From Octopus sinensis (taxonomy: Eukaryota), in the NCBI RefSeq assembly GCF_006345805.1, contig NC_043009.1, positions 52,824,001 to 52,888,000 of the forward strand: DNA of 64,000 bases. The letters are read 5' to 3'. The notes under the pieces are model-generated. The model was not told the DNA's origin. It ran no database searches and saw nothing but the letters and a program-made list of their open reading frames with translations. Made by a program: the position numbers and the translations under genes. Shown piece by piece: positions 50,951-59,700 of the stretch (the stretch's first letter is position 1; every line of letters starts with the position of its first letter).

Positions 50951-53900
50951 AGCAGAATTTAGGCTAGTTACACTGCAGTTACTGTGTGTGTGTGTGTGTG
51001 TGTGTGTGCATATATATGCGCACACGCACACATACAAACAATGTGGAAAGAGGGGAGAGAAGGGCTAATGAAACCAGGGAAGAGACAGGGCAGAGGTAAG
51101 AGAAGAAGGGGACTGCTGAGAAGGCGAAAGGCAGGTGGGAGGGGGAGACAACTGGAGGAGAGAGAGACTAGTGGAAGAAAGACCGATGGATCATAAGAGA
51201 GGGAGGTGGGTGGAGAATGTGGGACGGGTAAGAGAGAGAGAGAGAGAAAAGGATGGATACTCTCTTTGCTCCAGTTGTCCCCTATCATCTCTTTTCTATG
51301 TCCCATTTCTTCCCTGGTTTCATTATCCCTTCTCTTCCCTCTTTCTACCTATCTCAATCTTCATTCTGCAGATTTCATATATTTTTCGTTTCTAATTTTC
51401 TTGTTATTGTTTGCATAACTTTTTTCTCTATTTCTAATTTTATATATCACTAGCAGTATCGCCCGGCATTGCTCGGGTTTGTAAGGGAAATAACTATATA
51501 AGCATTTTTAGAGAGTTATAGCCAAAAAAATAGCAAAAAAATGCATTAAAAATGGAAAAAAATTATGGTAAATTTTTTTTAAATCGTTGACTCATCGTAG
51601 ACATTTTTAGAGAGTTACTTCCTTTATATAATAGCGAAAAAATGCATTAGAATGGAAAAAAAAAATTATGGTAAATTTTTTTTTAAATCGTAGATACATC
51701 GTAGACGCGCGCTAATACCCAGAAGGGCTCGATATGAATCACGACTATAAGATACCCGGTTTTGGTTAAACTGCACCGCAAAATGTGGGAGTAGTTAGGA
51801 ATCTAAATCGTAGGAGACAGACACACAACTTCTCTTTTATATATAAAGATTTTTTATGTTGCTTTTTTCCATGTTTATAATTAATATTTATTTTCCTTAT
51901 CAGTTTTAGCTCACTGCCATAAATACAGACATGGCAGTGTTGTTAAGATGTTAGGGTGTCAAGGAGAAAAATGGGTGGAGGGGGCAGGGCAGAGACAGAC
52001 AAAGATGAAGGGGAGTGTAGAGAAAGAAACTTCAAAATCCAACTTACCAATGCTACTGTCACCATCTTCACCCCGTCGGGGCGTCCCCACAAAGAAGACA
52101 CTCCCATCATCAGCTATGAGCAGGGCATGCTGACTGTCATGACCTGTAGCAACTTGGACAATTTTTGGAGATTTTGTAATGGATAACTCAGCCCATTTCC
52201 CTGCCACGGGCCCACCTTGCTTGATACCTAGTGACTGTGATTTGCCAGAGTACAAGACCTGATCAAAGAAGACACAAAAGATAATTAAAAAAAACTTGCC
52301 ATTTTAAGAGTGGAATGAGATTTTCATGAAACAATAGGTGAAAGTACAACTATCTATCTATTCAGTTTTATTTTATATGAATTCTATATGTAGGCTATGT
52401 ATATTCACGTGTGGGTATGTGTATCTGAAAACGAGCCAATTTCTACTCTTCTCCTCTGGAAGCCATCCACTCGCAACACCAGAGGGCACACACTCTCCTA
52501 CCTTGATGTAATCTCCAGAGATACAGGCATCCAACGACAGGACCTCCGTAATGCTATGATGGACCGTGAAGTCTGGCGTAGCATGGTAAATTCTATTGTC
52601 TCGACCACGGTCGAACAATGATGATGATGTGTATTTATGTATGGGTATGTGTATGTATACATGTACCCTTTAACTGATCTACATGCTACCATGTACACTT
52701 ATCCCTTGTGTTCAACCTGCATTGCTACACTAACAACCTTACTCTATGAACTCTACTCACTCACATTTCATACCCTATGAACTCTTCTCACATCAGTAGC
52801 AGGCCAAAAAAGGGAGAGTAAGTTACCCCTTCCATCTGTAGATTGAGGTGGCACCTTGAGCAAGGGCTAGCAACTTCTTAGCCTCCCATGCCAGGGATAC
52901 AGTGAAGATGTCAACAGCAGGGCATTGGATAACCAACAACGCAGAGGAATTCTAGATCAATGGCTCAAAGGCGATTACAGCCAAGTGGAAGACCTGTATA
53001 CCATTAAATGATGGTTGAGCATCAACTAGCAAATTAGCTACTACTGAGGGACAGCCACTGCACATCACTTGGTACTTGGCATGGAGGTCCAGAGAGGCAG
53101 TCTAGAAGTGGGGAAAACGTCAACTGCCTTACACACCATCCAAAGACGTTTTGTTCTTGAACAGAACAGTCAACATCAACCTACAACAGATGGCCAACGA
53201 TACACTTCCTGCTACAGATAGATCCACTCAAAATTTCATTACCCTTAACTGCAGAAAGCAATTTTATATATCAAGCCATCTTTTGTTGAGAAATGTCATA
53301 TTTGAAACTATTTTTTGTCGAGACAGCATGGCTCAGTGGCTAGAGTGTTGGGCTCACAATCATGATGCAGTGAGTTCGATTCCCAGGCGGGTGTGTGTGT
53401 TGTGTTCTTGAGCAAGACACTTTATTTCATGTTGCTCCAGTTCACTCAGCTGTAGAAATGTGTTACAACATCACTGGTGCCAAGCTATATCAGCCTTTGC
53501 CTTTCCCTTAGATAACATCGGTGGCACAGAGTGAGGAGGTTGGTATGCATGGATGACTGCTAGTCTTCCATAAACAATGCTGCCCAGACTTGGGCCTTGG
53601 AAGGGAAATTTTCTAGGTGCATCCCATGACTATTCATGACCAAAGGGGGTTTTTTTTTTACCTATGACAAGTTTATCAACACAACATGACTTGCAAAAAA
53701 TATCAATTCTATTTTCTGGTAGATATTTTAACATCTTTATTGAAATAATCATGAGGTTTAATTTTGCAGTTAAAGGGTTAAACCAGTCCAACTTACCTTA
53801 CCACTGACGGTTCGGATGAGTGCAAATTCTTTACCAGCTGATATCGTTACCGCTTCTTCATCAAAACCAGTATCTGGACAATTGGGAGAGAAAGAAAAAA

Positions 53901-55680
53901 TTGGCAATGAGGCATTTGATAAAGTTATGTTGTTCTTTGAGTTGTTTTCATTTATGAAAAGAGTAGCATGAAAATGAAACAGAATGGAGATAAAGTACTA
54001 TGGAGACAGGTTACCATGGAGAGAGAGGGGGTGGCAGAGGGAGAGAGAGAGAGAGAATAGGATGGAAAATAAGAAGCTCAAGAACAGAGTAGCATGGGAA
54101 AAAATTGCTTAGAGACAGATTACTATGGGAGACAGCAGCAGCATAGGGATAGAGCAGCACGGGGACAGAGCAGCATGGGGATAGAGCAGCACGGGGATAG
54201 AGCAGCACGGGGATAGAGCAGCACGGGGATAGAGCAGCACAGGGATAGAGCAGCATGGGGACAGAGCAGCATGGGGACAGAGCAGCATGGGGACAGAGCA
54301 GCACGGGGACAGAGCAGCACAGGAATAGAGCAGCACGGGAATAGAGCAGCACGGGGATAGAGCAGCACGGGGATAGAGCAGCACGGGGATAGAGCAGCAC
54401 GGGGATAGAGCAGCACGGGGATAGAGCAGCACGGGAATAGAGCAGCACAGGAATAGAGCAGCACAGAGATAGAGCAGCACGGGGATAGAGCAGCACGGGG
54501 ACAGAGCAGCATGGGGATAGAGCAGCATGGGGATAGAGCAGCACGGGGATAGAGCAGCACGGGGATAGAGCAGCACAGGGATAGAGCAGCACGGGGATAG
54601 AGCAGCACGGGGATAGAGCAGCACGGGGATAGAGCAGCACGGGGATAGAGCAGCACGGGGATAGAGCAGCACGGGGATAGAGCAGCTGGTACTTTGGTAC
54701 AAGTAATGTTTCTTAAGCATTTATGACTTTTTAGCCATATATCAGAGCTACAACAAAAAGCATTCCAGCCATAGCTACCTGTCGTTTTGCACATTAGAAA
54801 CTACCTCATACAAAATGTCCTTCCGTTTATTTGTTTGTATTCCTAAGACAATAGGGCACAATAAAATATTTAGATCCTATTTCTGACAAGTCACACAATA
54901 AACACATAGCAGCCTCCATGTGATGTAGACAAAAAAAAGAAGAAGAAAAAAACAGAAAAGAAAAGAAAGAAACATATTACTTACTTATTGAGTGCCGATG
55001 AGAGTCTGAGTCAAAGCTTGACATCCCAAATGCATCCATACACTTTCTGGCCAACTTGAGAGGAACCTCGCTGACCAATGTCATGGGAGATTTGTTCGGG
55101 TCATAGGTTCGGACAACAAAACTATCCTGTCAGAATATAATAGATGTTTAATATATGTGTCAGTCATTTGTTCATTTAATGTCAATTTTTCTATGGCTTG
55201 GATAAAGACATATTTGGGACAAGATTTTACAAGAGGATACTTTTTCCGTCACCAAACCGTACCTGTTTATCCAGCAAGGGTTTTATGTGCATTACACACA
55301 CCTTCAAAGAATGTAAACATCACTCAGCATTTTACTTGAGCAAAGCCATGGGATGTCAATATTCATGTGCATTTACAAACACACACACAAACAAACATCC
55401 ATAATATATATACTCGCTCGCTCGCTCTCTCTCACACACACTAAAATTTACATACAACAGGCTTCCTACAGTTTCCATTTTCCAAATTCAAGTACAAGGC
55501 ATTGGTCAAACTAAAGCTATAGTAAAAAAAGACACAAGCCAAAAGTGCAATGGAGTTAGACTGAACCAGGAACCATATGGTTATAAAGCAAACTTCTTAA
55601 CCACACAGCCAATTTGTACTTACACAACCATACTTACACACACACACACATCCATAATATATGCATACTAACACACACAA

Positions 55681-55720
<40 letters not shown>

Positions 55721-56300
55721 AAATACGTAACAAGGATATCCAGAGGTAATGCAGTATGATCGTTTCATGCAACTCCATTTAACTGAACATATATATATAC
55801 AAGCTTTGTACAGATTCCAGTTTCCAAATTCAAGCACAAAGCATTGGTCAAACCAGAGCTATAGTAAAAAAAGGCTCATGCCAAAAGTGCAATGGAGTAA
55901 AACTCAACCAGAAACTATATGGTTACAAAGTGAACTTCTTAATCAAACACCCAGTTTGCACTTATACAACCATACTTATACACACACATGCACACACACA
56001 CACACACACATTTTATTCACCATTTGTTTCTCTGCAAGTATAAACTGGACACGTACTTATTTGAGACAATATTTCTATGAATGGATTCTCTTCCTGTCAC
56101 CAACCTTCACCTGTTTTACAAGTGAGAAAGCTTTCATTTCACAACTCCGAGAGCACAGAGCTTCATTCTCCAGGAGTGTAAACATAATGATACTGTCTTT
56201 TTACTTTTTTTTTTTTGCAGTAGTCAGATAATCTCATATACGAAATGAAGATAAATTTTATGCACACATGCATATACATGCACAAACACTCAACATATAT

Positions 56301-56346
<46 letters not shown>

Positions 56347-56695
56347 ACGCACACGCACACACACACACGCACACGCACACATCGCACGCACATACACGCA
56401 CACGCGCACACACACATACACACACACACACACACGCACACGCACACGCACACACACACACGCACACGCACACATCGCACGCACACACACACACGCACAC
56501 GCACACGCACACATCGCACGCACATACACACACACACGCGCACACGCGCACACACACATACACACACACACACGCACACGCACACGCACACATCGCACGC
56601 ACACACACACACACACACGCACACACACATACACACACACACACACACGCACACGCACACGCACACATCGCATGCACATACACACACGCACACAC

Positions 56696-56739
<44 letters not shown>

Positions 56740-59700
56740 GATGGGCTTTTATACAGTTTCAATCACCACTTGCACTCACACGGAATAGATCAGCCCAATG
56801 TGCCATGTGGTGGGGCTGAGCTTATAACCACATGGTTGCAAAGCAAACTTCTTAACCACACAGCCTACCATGCTCCATATATGTATGCATGCAAATATGT
56901 ATGTGTGTTCATATTTATCATCATCATCATTTAATACCTGCTTTCCATGCTGGCATGGGATGGACAGTTTGACAGGAGCCAGTCAGCTAGGGAGCTGCCC
57001 AGGTTCCAACTGTCTATTTTGGCATGGTTTCTACAGCTGGATGCCCTTCTTAGCACCAACCACTCCACAGAGTGTACTGGGTGCTTTTTTACAAGGCACC
57101 GACACGGGTACTTTTATGTGGATGCTTTTACGTGACACCAGCATGGGAACCTTTATGTGGCACCAGCATGGGTACTTGTATGCATGTACTTTTTCTTTGT
57201 CTGCACCATGTTCCTTTTTTTTTTTTTTTGCAAAGTAAACTTGTACTATACACATAAGCACCACTATGCAACATTTCTGTTCATTTTTTGTATCTCTAAC
57301 ATGTACAAAGAGGTGCTGAAAAGTTCCTTGCTTTGGGCAAAACAAAATACAAGAGGATCAGTTAATTATGATTTTATTGAACATATTCCCCTCTCAGATT
57401 CACACACTTATTGCAGTGGTCCTTCAGTTTTTTTCTAAGCCCTGTGAAAGAACTCAGAAGGTCAGGCCTCCAACCAGGCCTTCCTTGATACCCTTAAAGC
57501 CAGGAACTTTTCAGCACACCCCTGTAGCTTTTTATAGTTTCCATACTGATATGTAATTCATATGCCCAACTCTTGTATTCATGACATTCTGATCCCAGTT
57601 GCTACAAGAAACACATTCCAATCCCAGCTCCATCATATTTATAACATTTCATTCCCTCTTATTACACATACATTCTCTCTTCAATACTTACATGTATACC
57701 AACCACAGTTGTGACATTAAAGAAGAACAAAAATAAAAGAATATTTACATCTTTTGTAGCAGCTATTTGTCCAATATTCTGACCATCACTAAAAAGGACT
57801 GATGATCCTAGAGAAACATCTGAAAAGAGATATTTGGGAGAAATGCTTAAAAACAAGCAAAAATAAAAAAAGCATCACAAATAATTTCTCATCACAACAA
57901 TATCAAACAAATTAATCTAATCATTTTATTGTTTTCTTTTTTACTAATATCTGTATTTTATTTCACTCTCAAGGCATTGGTAGATACACAACTATAGTAG
58001 AAAATACTTGAACCAAGGTGGGGAATAGTAAGACTGAACTCAAAACCACATGGTTGCAAAGAAAACTTCTAATCATCATCATCATCGTTCAACATCCACT
58101 TTCCATGCAAGCATGGGTTGGAAAATTTGACTGAGGACTGGCGAACCAGATGGCTGCACCAGGCTCATATCTGATCTGGCAGAGTTTCTACAGCTGGATG
58201 CCCTTCCTAACGCCAACCACTCCGAGAATGTAGTGGGTGCTTTTACGTGCCACCGGCACGAGGGTCAGTCAGATGGTGCTGGCAACGACCACACTCAAGT
58301 GGTGTTTTTTATGTGCCACCTGCACAGGAGCCAGTCCAGCGGCACTGGCAACAACCTCGCTCGAATGTTTTTCACGTGCCAACAATGGCTGCCGGCACAC
58401 ACACAATATCTGTTATATTTTTTATTGTGTTAATAATAACTTTTCCGGTATCAATATCTTTACACATACATTTATAACCTGATCACTCATACCCCAATTT
58501 TTAAAGGACCACTTTGCCAATCCAAGGCATCTATAGCCAAATAAATACAACCTTCACAGACTGAACAACAATAATTTTAATTGAGGAAAAGAGAAGTCAA
58601 ATCATGTGAGAGTGTGTGTGTTTAGATGCGTATGTAAAGAGTAAAGACCCCCTTTGGTCATGAATGACCATGGGATTGCATCAAGAAAGTTCCTCTCTGA
58701 GGCACAAGTCTGGGCAAGGTTGTTTATGGAACAACAGCAGTGACCCATGCATACCGGCCTCCCCTCTCCACGCCACCGATGTTATCCAAGGGAAAGGGAA
58801 AGGCTGATACAGCTTGGCACCAGCGACATCACAACTCATTTCTACAGCCGAGGGAACTGCAGCAACATGAAAAAAAAGTGTCTTACTCAAGAACACAACA
58901 CAGCCCAGTCCGGGAATCGAACCCACTACCTCATGATTGTGAGCCCGACACTAACCACTGAAAATATGATGTATATCTATGGAAGTTGTCAAGGACAAAA
59001 ATACAATGCACGGTACTTCAAGTGTGTCACTAACCTTGTAACTGTACACGGCCTTCGATTTCAAGAGAAAAAGGATTTACTATGTACAAGATTCTCTTGT
59101 TTTCATTGCAAGGGTGGAAAAATAAATATTCCTGTAAAAAGAAGAAAAAAAATAAGTTTATACTGTACAAGACATTTTTTTTTCCAAATTAAACAAAAAC
59201 ACTAAAATATTTCACTAAGACTTATTTTTATTCCTTTATTTTCTTTACTGGCTTTAGTCATTGGACAGCAGCCATGCTGGAGTAATTGCTTTCATATTTA
59301 CCCTGGTATTTATTTCTGTCTGGTACTTAATTTATTTTGTATTTTGGAATAGCCATTATGTCAATAATAAACACATACACTGATACTATTTCATTTCTAT
59401 GGTTATTATTAGCCAATCTGTTAATGTTTAACCAAATAGATAATCAACCACTCCGAGAGTGTAGTGGATGCTTTTACGTGCCACCGGCACAAGGGCCAGT
59501 CAGGTAGTACTGGCAACGGCCACGCTCAAATTGCACTTTATGTTATGAATTTCAATCAAAAGAGGAGAGGTTGGTGAAGAAACCTAACTCAATATCTTCA
59601 ATTTGGTTTTCATGCCTATCATCACCTGTAGTCATGAATGCTGGATAATGACCGTAAAAGTACAAATATGAGTACAAGTTACCAAAATGAGGTTCCTCCA

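Noticed and set aside
54011-56934. 200-aa ORFs at 54011-54794 and 56163-56934 (also 15857-16528, 19565-20027, 21090-21552, 31225-32707)
   Set aside because: Mini/microsatellite translations open in several frames; no domain content.
58747-59205. 152-aa plus-strand ORF
   Set aside because: Composed of an antisense SINE and the antisense of exon w2; no recognisable protein.
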